Assembly: GCA_039795775.1 (NCBI GenBank)
Contig: JBDKLC010000004.1
Span: forward strand, 21,982 to 85,981
Reading direction: 5' to 3'
Length of the DNA stretch: 64,000 nucleotides
Source: Candidatus Parcubacteria bacterium
Lineage (GTDB): Bacteria; Patescibacteriota; Minisyncoccia; Phycocordibacterales; CAIZLB01
Made by a program: the position numbers and the translations under genes. Numbering within the stretch: position 1 is the stretch's first letter; each line of letters starts with the position of its first letter. Shown in pieces: positions 18,439-28,047 of the stretch. The notes under the pieces were generated by a model. It ran no database searches, had not been told where the DNA came from, and saw only the letters and a list, made by a program, of their open reading frames with translations.

Positions 18439-19512
18439 ATGAAAAAGAAAATCACACTCGTAGTTCACTTTCTTTTGCTTCTCATACTTCTTGTTGGAGG
18501 AATTGCTGTTCATCGAACCGTAATGGCTCAGGTCTCAACAGGAAATGTCACAGGATGGGCATGGTCAGACAACATTGGATGGGTAAGTTTCAATTGTTCT
18601 GACGTCTCAGATTTGTGTACAACGGCTTCATATGGAGTAGATGCAGATCCAGACACTGGGGCTCTTTCTGGGTATGCTTGGTCGGAAAGTGTTGGATGGC
18701 TTAGTTTTAATCCAGGGGATACAGGAGGATGTCCTGATGGAACTAATTGTGAAGCTAAAGTAGATTTTGCTACAGGAAAAATTACTGGATATGCACGTTT
18801 TTGTTCGGCTACTGCCAATGGCAATTGTACTGGAGGTATAGGTCCAGATGGATGGGACGGTTGGTTGAAACTTTCTTCGCCAGGTTCACCAAGTCTTTCA
18901 TCTCCAGTACTCGATGGGTCACAAGGTGCAACATATGATGCAAATACAACAAAAATTATGGGATATGGATGGGGAGGTGATGTTGTTGGATGGCTCAAGT
19001 TTAATAATTCATACAACGGAGTAAAAATTACTATAGATGTAAATAATCTTAAATGTAAGATCGACGAAACTGAATTTGATCTCAATACATTTATTACACG
19101 GTATAAGACAGGAGTAGCAACATCCACAGAAGCTTGTGAGTCATACTCTTCAACTTGTGAACAAGTAACTCCAACAGAAGCTGACTGGAACACAGATATT
19201 ACACCTATAGCTGACGGAACATATTCATATAGTACATGTACAGTTTCTTCAAGTACTTCGTGTGCAGAAGGAAATAACCCTTGTGATATTTCTGCATATA
19301 CTCAGGGTACAAATCTAGGACAGACAATGTCGTGTGGTGAGCAACGAAAGTTTTATAAACAAAAAGTTGTAGTAAACAACGCTGCTGGAACTATCTCATG
19401 TGAATCAAATGGAAATGCCGCTGTGCGAGTATGTGACAACGGAGTACTTACAGGTGATTCTTCATTCAACAAAGTTATTTGTCGAGTGAATCCGTATCAG
19501 AAAGAGCGATAG
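18439..19512 (+). CDS. Secreted Cys-rich repeat protein with tandem GxAWSxxxGWxSFN repeats
   Basis: 357 aa; signal peptide; repeats TGWAWSDNIGWVSFN, SGYAWSESVGWLSFN, MGYGWGGDVVGWLKFN plus a degenerate copy; many Cys; start overlaps previous stop by 4 nt (operonic). Confidence 0.5.
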   Translation: MKKKITLVVHFLLLLILLVGGIAVHRTVMAQVSTGNVTGWAWSDNIGWVSFNCSDVSDLCTTASYGVDADPDTGALSGYAWSESVGWLSFNPGDTGGCPDGTNCEAKVDFATGKITGYARFCSATANGNCTGGIGPDGWDGWLKLSSPGSPSLSSPVLDGSQGATYDANTTKIMGYGWGGDVVGWLKFNNSYNGVKITIDVNNLKCKIDETEFDLNTFITRYKTGVATSTEACESYSSTCEQVTPTEADWNTDITPIADGTYSYSTCTVSSSTSCAEGNNPCDISAYTQGTNLGQTMSCGEQRKFYKQKVVVNNAAGTISCESNGNAAVRVCDNGVLTGDSSFNKVICRVNPYQKER

Positions 19513-19586
19513 AAAATAAAAGTATCTGGGGAAACTCAGATACTTTTGTTGTAAGTTTGGTATAATTATTGAGATAACACATTAAC

Positions 19587-20549
19587 ATGATGAAACAAGT
19601 AGTACATATAATAAAAGTAATAATAATTGTTGGAGTATTGTTGGTTGGAGGACAATATCTCTATGCCTTTGGTCCGACATGTGCTCCACCAGATTGTAAC
19701 TCTGATGCTCCTATCAATGCGAGTTCAACTGATCAGATTAAGACAGGAGGTCTTACTATAGGTAAGAATATGTTTATTCAAGGAGCTACATGGGTTACGG
19801 GTCTCGACCCACAAGATAACGTTACTCCTCTCCAAATAGGTCTCGTTGTTCAAAACGGCCAAGTGTTGCTCGGTACAACAACACCAGTGGCGAACGCATC
19901 TAGTACTATGAGACTTGTTGTAAATGGTGGAGCTGGAGCGAGTGAATTCTGTGATCCAAGTGGAGTAAATTGTATTCCGTGGGATGCTTTGTACGATAGT
20001 GTATACAGTCCAGGTGGTTTCAACTGTTCTTCTGTTCCAACATTTACTACGTTGTACAATAAAGAGACAGGATATTACTTCAATCAACCTGTATTTGGAG
20101 AAAGTGGATACTACGGTGCTTCGTCTGCTCGAGGTTGGCAAAAAGTGAGCATGCCAGCTGCATGTTCAGAACCTGATGGTTGTATTATTCGAACAAAGAT
20201 TTATAAACGATATTCTGTACCAGGTTGGACATGTAATAACAGTGGTTGTACAGGTTGGTACGAAGATAAGCTGTATAAGATTACTGATACTGAATATCGA
20301 CAAGAAGCTGGTTCTGGTGCTCAGCTTTGGTGGAGTGCCTTCTCTACAAGTGGAAAACTCAAAAACGGCGATACTACGTCTTCAAACATTACATCAGGTG
20401 CTGGATCAATTGAATCTGGTGCATACAACCTCAGAGATGATCGAAATGCAACACTTTCTGCAGATGATGAACTCTCAAATGCACAATGGAGTCCATTTGA
20501 CAGTACTCGAAGTTACGGAGCAGAAGTATTTGTTTGTACAAACTCATAG
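19587..20549 (+). CDS. Hypothetical signal-anchored Cys-rich protein upstream of pilB
   Basis: 320 aa; N-terminal hydrophobic helix VIIIVGVLLVGG, paired Cys throughout; hairpin terminator at 20577-20615. Confidence 0.45.
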   Translation: MMKQVVHIIKVIIIVGVLLVGGQYLYAFGPTCAPPDCNSDAPINASSTDQIKTGGLTIGKNMFIQGATWVTGLDPQDNVTPLQIGLVVQNGQVLLGTTTPVANASSTMRLVVNGGAGASEFCDPSGVNCIPWDALYDSVYSPGGFNCSSVPTFTTLYNKETGYYFNQPVFGESGYYGASSARGWQKVSMPAACSEPDGCIIRTKIYKRYSVPGWTCNNSGCTGWYEDKLYKITDTEYRQEAGSGAQLWWSAFSTSGKLKNGDTTSSNITSGAGSIESGAYNLRDDRNATLSADDELSNAQWSPFDSTRSYGAEVFVCTNS

Positions 20550-20666
20550 GTATTGTTTCTCTCAATTAAATATCAAAAAGAAAACATCCGGATAACTTCC
20601 GGATGTTTTCTTTTTGTGTACTTCTACTTCTGATATAATAAGAACGTATTTGAAAAAATAATTTTC

Positions 20667-22424
20667 ATGTTTCTCGAACCTACCCAATTAAAAAAGTTTA
20701 TTTCAGACTCAGGTCTTGTTACTCAAGACGATATTACTGCTGCAGAAAAAGTAGCTGAAGAAAAGAAGCAAAATCTCGGTGAAGCCCTAGTGTCTGCCGG
20801 AAAGATTACAGAAGACGATTATCGACGAATCCAAGCGTACCTCATTGGTATTCCATTCGTAGACCTCAAGAGTCAAAAGCTTGAATTTGATGTGCTTTCG
20901 CTTATTCCGGAACCTATTGCTCGAAATCACAATATCGTAGCTATTAAGAAGAAGGACAATGCTCTTGAAGTAGCCATGCTTGATACAGACGACCTCTCTG
21001 CGATCGACTTCATCAAAAAGAAGACTGGCCTCAAAGTTCTTCCTCGACTTACAAACACTGAGTCAATGCGTGCTGCTCTTATTCAGTACCAAAAGAGTTT
21101 GAAAGCTGACTTCGGAGATATCATTCAACAAGAAGCATCATCTCTCAAGATGGTAGCTCAAGACTCTGCGCCAGGGGAGGAAGTATCAGGAGACGACCTC
21201 AAGAAGCTCGCTGAAGACTTGCCTGTAGTACGTATTGTGGACACATTGCTCAAGCATGCAGCTCTCCAAGGTGCATCAGATATTCATATAGAACAGATGG
21301 AAAATGAAGTAGTCGTACGATATCGAATCGACGGTATGCTTCGAGATGCCATGATTTTGCCTAAAGCAGCCGGCGCAAGTATCACTGCTCGTATCAAAGT
21401 ACTCTCGAACCTCAAGCTCGACGAAAAACGACTCCCACAGGACGGACGATTCAAGATTGAACTCAATGATGAAAAGATTTCGTTCCGAGTATCTATTTTG
21501 CCTACATATTATGGTGAAAAGACTGTAATGCGACTTTTGCGAGAAAGTGTATCTGGGTTCTCACTCGAAACTCTTGGCTTCCACGGACAGGGTCTTGAAG
21601 CTATTCATGATGGAACACAAATGACAGAAGGTATGATGCTTACCACTGGTCCTACTGGTTCTGGTAAGACAACGACACTCTATACAGTGCTCGATCTCCT
21701 CAACACACCTGATGTAAACATCTCTACAGTAGAAGATCCAGTTGAATATCAGATGAAACGAGTAAATCAGACACAAGTAAAACCTGAAATCGGATTTACA
21801 TTCTCTTCAGGTCTCCGATCTCTTCTCCGACAAGACCCAGACATCATTATGGTGGGAGAAATTCGAGATAACGAAACAGCGTCACTTGCTATTAATGCGG
21901 CCCTCACAGGTCACGTAGTGCTCTCTACGCTTCACACCAACTCAGCAGCGGGTGCTATCCCACGACTTATTGATATGAAGTGTGAGCCGTTCCTTCTTGT
22001 ATCTACACTCAAGGTGGTAGTAGCGCAACGACTTGTGCGACGACTGAGTAAAGCAAAAGAAGAATATTTCCTTACAAAAGACGAATTGGCTTCTATTAAA
22101 AAGAAAATTGACATGGATCGAGTACTCAAGGCTCTCAAAGATGAAAAAATTGTAAAGCCTGATGCTGAATGGAAAGACATTCCACTGTATCGACCGAAAG
22201 CTGACAAAGATTCTGACGATGGCTACCACGGCCGAGTTGGTATTCATGAAGTTCTCAAGATGAGTACACCCATTAAAGAATTGATTATTAAGGGTGGCAC
22301 ATCTGACCAAATTGAAGAACAAGCAAAGAAGGAAGGTATGCTTACGATGATTGAAGACGGTGTATTCCAGGCGGTACAAGGGATGACATCGATTGAAGAA
22401 ATCTTGCGAGTAGTTTCTGAATAA
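20667..22424 (+). CDS. pilB: Type IV pilus assembly ATPase PilB (GspE family)
   Basis: 585 aa; N-terminal GSPII_E_N-like domain, Walker A TTGPTGSGKTTTL, Asp/His boxes of secretion ATPases. Confidence 0.85.
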   Translation: MFLEPTQLKKFISDSGLVTQDDITAAEKVAEEKKQNLGEALVSAGKITEDDYRRIQAYLIGIPFVDLKSQKLEFDVLSLIPEPIARNHNIVAIKKKDNALEVAMLDTDDLSAIDFIKKKTGLKVLPRLTNTESMRAALIQYQKSLKADFGDIIQQEASSLKMVAQDSAPGEEVSGDDLKKLAEDLPVVRIVDTLLKHAALQGASDIHIEQMENEVVVRYRIDGMLRDAMILPKAAGASITARIKVLSNLKLDEKRLPQDGRFKIELNDEKISFRVSILPTYYGEKTVMRLLRESVSGFSLETLGFHGQGLEAIHDGTQMTEGMMLTTGPTGSGKTTTLYTVLDLLNTPDVNISTVEDPVEYQMKRVNQTQVKPEIGFTFSSGLRSLLRQDPDIIMVGEIRDNETASLAINAALTGHVVLSTLHTNSAAGAIPRLIDMKCEPFLLVSTLKVVVAQRLVRRLSKAKEEYFLTKDELASIKKKIDMDRVLKALKDEKIVKPDAEWKDIPLYRPKADKDSDDGYHGRVGIHEVLKMSTPIKELIIKGGTSDQIEEQAKKEGMLTMIEDGVFQAVQGMTSIEEILRVVSE

Positions 22425-22466
22425 TATTCAGAATGAGATGGAGATACGGTGATATAATGTATATAA

Positions 22467-23678
22467 ATGAAATTTTCGTACACGGCTAAAAAGCCTGATG
22501 GCTCAACATACGACAGTACAATGGAAGCTGCTGATAAAGCTGCCTTCTATCGTGAACTACGAAAAATAGGTGATACTCTGATTAGTGTAAAGGAAGGGAA
22601 GAAAAGTGTTGGACAAATGGAAATTAACCTTCCATTTCTCAATCGTATAAAAATGATCGATAAGATCACGTTTGCTCGAAACATTAGTGGAATGCTCGAA
22701 GCTGGATTGCCACTCTCTCGTGCCTTAGCAGTATCTGAAAGACAAGCTTCAAATGTAAAACTCAAAAAGATTTATAAAGAGATCAACGAGTTTATTACAT
22801 CTGGTAAAACATTTCATGAAGCATTGGCACAGCATCCAAAGGTGTATTCAAGTCTCTTTATCTCAATGGTAAAAGCTGGCGAAGAAAGTGGAGATCTCGC
22901 AGGTTCTCTCAAGCATCTCGCTTCACAGATGGAAAAAACATACGTTATTCAGCGAAAGATTAAAGGTGCCATGATGTATCCAGGTATTATTCTTTCAGTT
23001 ATGGTACTCATCGGTATTTTGATGATGATTTTCGTAGTGCCGGCACTTACAAAGACATTTAAGGATTTGGGTACAAAGCTTCCAGCTTCTACTACATTTA
23101 TTATTGCTACAAGCGACTTTGCCTCAAATCATTACATCTTGTTAGTTCTTATCATTTTGGCAGCCGTCGTTGTCTTTATCTTGCTCCTTAAGACAAAAAT
23201 TGGTAAACGATACGCAGATTTTATTGTGTTACACTTGCCGGTTATTTCACTTATTGTAAAAGAGAGTAATGCTGCACGAACAGCTCGAACGCTTTCGTCA
23301 CTTCTTTCGGCTGGTGTTGATTTGCTCCTCGCGGTAAAGATCACTGGTGAAGTAATGCAAAACTCATTTTATAAAGAAGTTCTTCAGAGAACTGAAGTAG
23401 CTGTAGAAAAGGGGGACCCAGTATCAAAAATCTTTGAAGAAGAAACAAATTTGTATCCAGTATTCGTAGGAGAAATGATGAGTGTGGGTGAAGAAACTGG
23501 TAAATTTGCTTCAATGCTTACTGGTGTAGCTGTGTTCTATGAAAACGAAGTAGAAGAAAAAACAAAAGATCTTTCTACTATTATCGAACCAGTACTTATG
23601 GTGATTATCGGTGCCGGTGTAGGATTCTTCGCTGTCTCTATGATTATGCCGATGTATTCAGTGATGAATAATTTGTAA
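22467..23678 (+). CDS. pilC: Type IV pilus inner-membrane platform protein PilC (GspF family)
   Basis: 403 aa; duplicated GspF domains with three TM segments. Confidence 0.85.
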   Translation: MKFSYTAKKPDGSTYDSTMEAADKAAFYRELRKIGDTLISVKEGKKSVGQMEINLPFLNRIKMIDKITFARNISGMLEAGLPLSRALAVSERQASNVKLKKIYKEINEFITSGKTFHEALAQHPKVYSSLFISMVKAGEESGDLAGSLKHLASQMEKTYVIQRKIKGAMMYPGIILSVMVLIGILMMIFVVPALTKTFKDLGTKLPASTTFIIATSDFASNHYILLVLIILAAVVVFILLLKTKIGKRYADFIVLHLPVISLIVKESNAARTARTLSSLLSAGVDLLLAVKITGEVMQNSFYKEVLQRTEVAVEKGDPVSKIFEEETNLYPVFVGEMMSVGEETGKFASMLTGVAVFYENEVEEKTKDLSTIIEPVLMVIIGAGVGFFAVSMIMPMYSVMNNL

Positions 23679-23710
23679 AGATTGAGTATACTAAGGTCTC
23701 TAAATTTATT

Positions 23711-24055
23711 ATGAAGAAAATAAAAACTATATCTAAAGCGATCGTTGGAACATTTTGTGTATATGTGTTGGGTATGCTCATGACTACATCTCCAGTAGAT
23801 GCCGTAATGCGAGCAAATTTTCCTGATGCCAACCAACTTCAACCACTTCCACAGTCTATAGCCCCAAGTCCAAAGGGGAATATAAATGCTACACATAAAG
23901 TAGCTCCCGACGTACAAAAAAATCCTGCACCAGTAGAGGAGGCAACGACTTCTCCAATACAAAAAGCCGAGGGTTTCTCTCTCCCTTGGCTTATAAGTAC
24001 GCTCTCTGTTGTTTTGTTAGTAATTGCTTTGACTCTCGTTCTCAAAAAGAAATAA
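23711..24055 (+). CDS. Small secreted protein with C-terminal hydrophobic anchor and KKK tail
   Basis: 114 aa; N-terminal signal, Pro-rich middle, C-terminus FSLPWLISTLSVVLLVIALTLVLKKK. Confidence 0.4.
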   Translation: MKKIKTISKAIVGTFCVYVLGMLMTTSPVDAVMRANFPDANQLQPLPQSIAPSPKGNINATHKVAPDVQKNPAPVEEATTSPIQKAEGFSLPWLISTLSVVLLVIALTLVLKKK

Positions 24056-24068
24056 TCTTTATTTCTCT

Positions 24069-25454
24069 TTAATTACTTGTCCAACTGAGTGGTTGATATC
24101 CTGAACTTGAAAGAGGAAAGCTTGGTGGTGCCGCGTAGAGAAGATTACTATCATATGTACTTTCTGTTGTCTGATATCCGGATGTAACATCATCTGAGCC
24201 ATTGACCCATGTCCATGTCCACTGACCGAATGTCATAATCGATCCGTACACTGTGATTTTATTTTTAATTTCACCTGAATAGAAAAAGAATTGTGCACTT
24301 CCGTTTTGAGCAATAAGTGCGGCGTCTATTTCGAGGTCATCAGGTGCTCTGTATGTCACCACGATATCTTTTTGTGCAAGAAGGCCAAGAGAATGATTAC
24401 CATCTTTTGCGAGGTAGGTAATATTATTTGGAATATAGATTGTTGGAGCGGTTGCTGCATTATAAGGGAGTTTTGATGCCGCAACCATGACACGTCCATT
24501 TACTACACCTTCTACCCACACGTTATCTTCGATATATATAATCCCGTTCGATGGAATAGCTTGGGTTGAAAGAAGTGTTCTGTTTTTATAGTCAATATCT
24601 TCGTTTCGTGCGTTTCCTGCAACATCCCAACCTGATGGTGTAGACCAAACACTTGTTACCTTGTAGATGCTTACAGTACCGTTTGAGTTGAATACGAGAG
24701 AATATCCTTGGCTGTTTGATGGAGCGAGATAAATACCGCCTGATTGTGCGTTTGCTTTCATACCAGCGAGGTTTGATGTGAGGGCAGAGAAGTCTACGGC
24801 CGGTACAGGATACTGCCAGAAATTTTTTGTTGTTTGGTTTGCGCTTCCCCAAATGCCAGCTTTTGTTGTAGGACAAGGACTTCCTTGTGAAGAAGGACAA
24901 CTATAAGTAGATTTTGCCGATGTAATAGGAGCATTTCCTGTTCCATCGAATCGAATTCCGTTATTAGACTTGAGCTGACCGTTAACTGTTTCATTGTCGC
25001 CCACCCAGATGACTGCATTTGTAAGGAAAGAGTATTGTGCAAGGGAAGGGATACCGTATTTTGCAGTAATTGTTCGCTTTATTTGCGGCTGATCTGTAGT
25101 CCAGCCAGTAGAAGAAATAGTGACTACAGTAGAGCCTGTTGGTGGAGGTGTGATAGTGAGACTGTATGTGCCGAGAACTTTTTGAGTATCAGTATCGACA
25201 TAGTTTCTAATATATGGACCAGATGTAGCTGTACCGTTTGTGTAGTCAGTTGGATAGTGAGCCAATCGCCACTGATAGTAGTTAATACCAGCCTCAGCAA
25301 TTTGTAGAGCCTGTTCTTTTGAAACAGTGGTAGCAAGTACTCGTGTTCGGATGACAAGCGATTGAATGATAGGCATCATCATCAACGAAAATATAAAGAT
25401 GACGATAAGAAGTAACACTAATATTTCTCCACGTTGTTTGTTTTGATGAGCCAT
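24069..25454 (-). CDS. Large pilus-associated protein (PilX/minor-pilin-like), N-terminal hydrophobic anchor
   Basis: 461 aa; N-terminus RGEILVLLLIVIFIFSL hydrophobic helix, Thr/Ser/Asn/Gly-rich remainder; co-oriented with two prepilin genes upstream. Confidence 0.4.
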   Translation of the reverse strand: MAHQNKQRGEILVLLLIVIFIFSLMMMPIIQSLVIRTRVLATTVSKEQALQIAEAGINYYQWRLAHYPTDYTNGTATSGPYIRNYVDTDTQKVLGTYSLTITPPPTGSTVVTISSTGWTTDQPQIKRTITAKYGIPSLAQYSFLTNAVIWVGDNETVNGQLKSNNGIRFDGTGNAPITSAKSTYSCPSSQGSPCPTTKAGIWGSANQTTKNFWQYPVPAVDFSALTSNLAGMKANAQSGGIYLAPSNSQGYSLVFNSNGTVSIYKVTSVWSTPSGWDVAGNARNEDIDYKNRTLLSTQAIPSNGIIYIEDNVWVEGVVNGRVMVAASKLPYNAATAPTIYIPNNITYLAKDGNHSLGLLAQKDIVVTYRAPDDLEIDAALIAQNGSAQFFFYSGEIKNKITVYGSIMTFGQWTWTWVNGSDDVTSGYQTTESTYDSNLLYAAPPSFPLSSSGYQPLSWTSN

Positions 25455-25459
25455 CTAAT

Positions 25460-26113
25460 TTAGTTTCCTAAGTTTGTTTTTAAGCTTCGAAGTGTTCCAC
25501 CGGCTTGAATTGTATACGTCGTTGTCGCTGTTCGAATATTTTGTACCTTAACGAGTAGATTCATTTTAGCAAATTTTACCTGAGTGATGTTCACAGGTTG
25601 TGTAAGTGCAGATGTTGTTCCTGCATATGTATCAGCATAGTAATAAAATATTGGTGTTGATGTCCCGTTAGAAACATCAGTGAGTACAGTAGAAACTGTT
25701 TCAGAAGCAGAGTTGTATGTCAGCGGATTTCCAGACGGTGTAATAATGCCTTTGAAAAGAGAAGTGCCTGAAAGATAATAACGAACACGTCGTACAGTTG
25801 TAGAGCTGTTTGAGCCGAATGTTGTGTAAAGAATAATTTGAGATGAACTTGCATCATTGAGAGCCGCCGCACCATTATTTGCCGTTGTAGAGTTCCGTAA
25901 TTCGTTCGAAAAGTTAAAGACTACCAATCGAGCCTGATCAACGCCGTTGATTGCTTTTGTTTGTTGAGTAGATGTAACAAATATTTCTCGGAGCATTGTT
26001 GTAGCTCCAAGCATGATGATTGAGAATATACCGATAGTTACTACTGTTTCTACAAGTGTGTAACCAGGCATATATGACCGTGCATATTTTTTTGAACTTA
26101 TTTTCATGTGCAA
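25460..26113 (-). CDS. Type IV pilin-like protein (prepilin-type N-terminal cleavage/methylation domain)
   Basis: 217 aa; PGYTLVETVVTIGIFSIIM matches the class III signal (G|[FY]TLxE plus hydrophobic helix). Confidence 0.65.
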   Translation of the reverse strand: MHMKISSKKYARSYMPGYTLVETVVTIGIFSIIMLGATTMLREIFVTSTQQTKAINGVDQARLVVFNFSNELRNSTTANNGAAALNDASSSQIILYTTFGSNSSTTVRRVRYYLSGTSLFKGIITPSGNPLTYNSASETVSTVLTDVSNGTSTPIFYYYADTYAGTTSALTQPVNITQVKFAKMNLLVKVQNIRTATTTYTIQAGGTLRSLKTNLGN

Positions 26114-26122
26114 TATGTTTGC

Positions 26123-27916
26123 CTAAGAACTAAGCAACACTGTAAGTACATTATATCCGCTTATGTTCAAATTTGTTACTGTCTTTGTTGTATAACCTGT
26201 CATAGATGTTTGCACTTGATAGTCATTTGCAGCACTGAGTCCAGGGAACATAACTTGTCCCGGAGTAAAGCAACCTGATACATAGTTCACATCGAGGCTT
26301 GTAAGTACGGGTGTAACTGTTGTTGTACTGTTACTAAGATATGCTTTGTATCGAAGATATCGGTTATTGTTGTGAACACTACTAATAGATGTACCTGGCA
26401 CCGTGTAGTAGGTAGTTGAGGCACCATCTGGACCTAAGAAATTCCACGTAGTAGTCGAACCATCGTTACTTGAGGCAATTTGGAATCGTAGGGTTGTTGA
26501 AGCTGTTTGAGACTGAGGTTCCCAGTTGAGAGTCGTATAGAGGGTTGATGTTGAACCAGAATCAAATGTAGAAGACTGCAACCAGCCTGATGATGAATAA
26601 ACACCGAATGTTTTCTTGAGTCGTACACCAGTAGGGAGAGTAGCTGTATCAATATTTCCATCATTTGAGAAATACATAGTACTTGTACCCATATTTGCTT
26701 GTCCTACACCACCTGTCCAATCTTGTTGAGAGAAGGCACTACCGCCAGTAATAAGAGTATCGTCATACCCAGATCGTGTGAGTCGTACATTTGCTCCTTC
26801 GATAGCCACTCCAGTTGCAGCATCTTTTACAATTACCAAAAGACTATTTGTTGTTATAGGGCCAACAATAAGGTTAAAGTTCTGAGATGTCTGAGGAAGG
26901 ATGTTAATTTGCTGGATAGGAGATGATCCATAAATCATATAACTTGAAGTAGAGAGTGCTGGGGTATAGTTGTCCCATTCAATATTTGAAAGCACCACTT
27001 GGCCACTACCGTTTGATGTATAGGTATTATTAAACTTGTAGACACTCGGAGTACCAATGATTTTTGCACCTTTTACCCCGATTCCGACATTTGATAGAGG
27101 TGCACAGCTCTGGTTGAGGGTATTAAAGGTAAGATTACTCAACTTATCGATAGAAAAACTGATTTGAGTCACTGTTCCATTCAAAATCGTAGCATCTGGC
27201 TTAGTTGGGTTAGGGTTTCCAACTGAGACAGGATATGTCTGATCTGAAGAATACCCTGTTTTTGTAGCAGTTACATGATAGTTATTTGAACTCTGAGGGA
27301 GACCCACTTCTGTCCAGTAGCCATTGGCATCAGTGGTTCGGGTAATGTTGATATCTGGGGTTAAAGCCGTATTTGTGATGTTTATTTGGGCTCCAGGCAC
27401 AGGCTGACCTACGGCGTCGAATACTTGTACTGTAAAAGCACCCGCATTATTGGTGTTTTCAAGACCTGCTGGGGTGATATTAGTAACAAATGTTGTTACT
27501 ACGTTAGTTCGGGTGTTTTTTATGTTTAATTTGACCTGTTTGTAGTCTGTTGGGGCAGGATCAGTGCTTGACGCGATTGTTCCATCTGCTGGGTCGTCTA
27601 CAAAGCTACTTTCATAGTAGATTTGATAGGTAATGTTGTTATAGCTTGTCGATGTGGCATTTGGAAGGTCTACAAGGATACCAGTCGGGTTACCGTTTAC
27701 GGTACCAACCTGGCTATAGGGAAGGTTTCTAACAATTTCCATATACTGAGCAGCGAGATTTGAAATAGTAGTGTTTTCTCGATACACACCCGCGAGCTTA
27801 ATAATAAGCGTACTTGTAGAGTAGACAGTAAGAGCGAGCCCAGCAAAAATACCGATACTAATAAGTGTTTCAATTAAAGTAAATCCTTTTTGATTTCTAG
27901 AGATAGAACGTTTCAT
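26123..27916 (-). CDS. Large type IV pilin (prepilin N-terminus plus ~560-aa Thr/Ser/Asn-rich domain)
   Basis: KGFTLIETLISIGIFAGLALT canonical prepilin motif; start placed at MKRSIS within ORF 26123-28006. Confidence 0.7.
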   Translation of the reverse strand: MKRSISRNQKGFTLIETLISIGIFAGLALTVYSTSTLIIKLAGVYRENTTISNLAAQYMEIVRNLPYSQVGTVNGNPTGILVDLPNATSTSYNNITYQIYYESSFVDDPADGTIASSTDPAPTDYKQVKLNIKNTRTNVVTTFVTNITPAGLENTNNAGAFTVQVFDAVGQPVPGAQINITNTALTPDINITRTTDANGYWTEVGLPQSSNNYHVTATKTGYSSDQTYPVSVGNPNPTKPDATILNGTVTQISFSIDKLSNLTFNTLNQSCAPLSNVGIGVKGAKIIGTPSVYKFNNTYTSNGSGQVVLSNIEWDNYTPALSTSSYMIYGSSPIQQINILPQTSQNFNLIVGPITTNSLLVIVKDAATGVAIEGANVRLTRSGYDDTLITGGSAFSQQDWTGGVGQANMGTSTMYFSNDGNIDTATLPTGVRLKKTFGVYSSSGWLQSSTFDSGSTSTLYTTLNWEPQSQTASTTLRFQIASSNDGSTTTWNFLGPDGASTTYYTVPGTSISSVHNNNRYLRYKAYLSNSTTTVTPVLTSLDVNYVSGCFTPGQVMFPGLSAANDYQVQTSMTGYTTKTVTNLNISGYNVLTVLLSS

Positions 27917-28047
27917 TGAGGTTTGGAGAACTGAGTAAATTTTACCACATATGTGAGATGTGTGTGGAGCAAAATGATGTGGTCTGGTGTGTATTTTGAG
28001 GTACAACTATCTCCCGTCTATTTCTTACATCTGCTATAATTTCGAAC

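Noticed and set aside
18528-19193. 221-aa antisense ORF within the GW-repeat protein gene
   Set aside because: Antisense shadow ORF; the plus-strand gene has signal peptide, repeats and operon context.
21942-22379. 145-aa antisense ORF within pilB
   Set aside because: Contained in the strongly supported pilB CDS.
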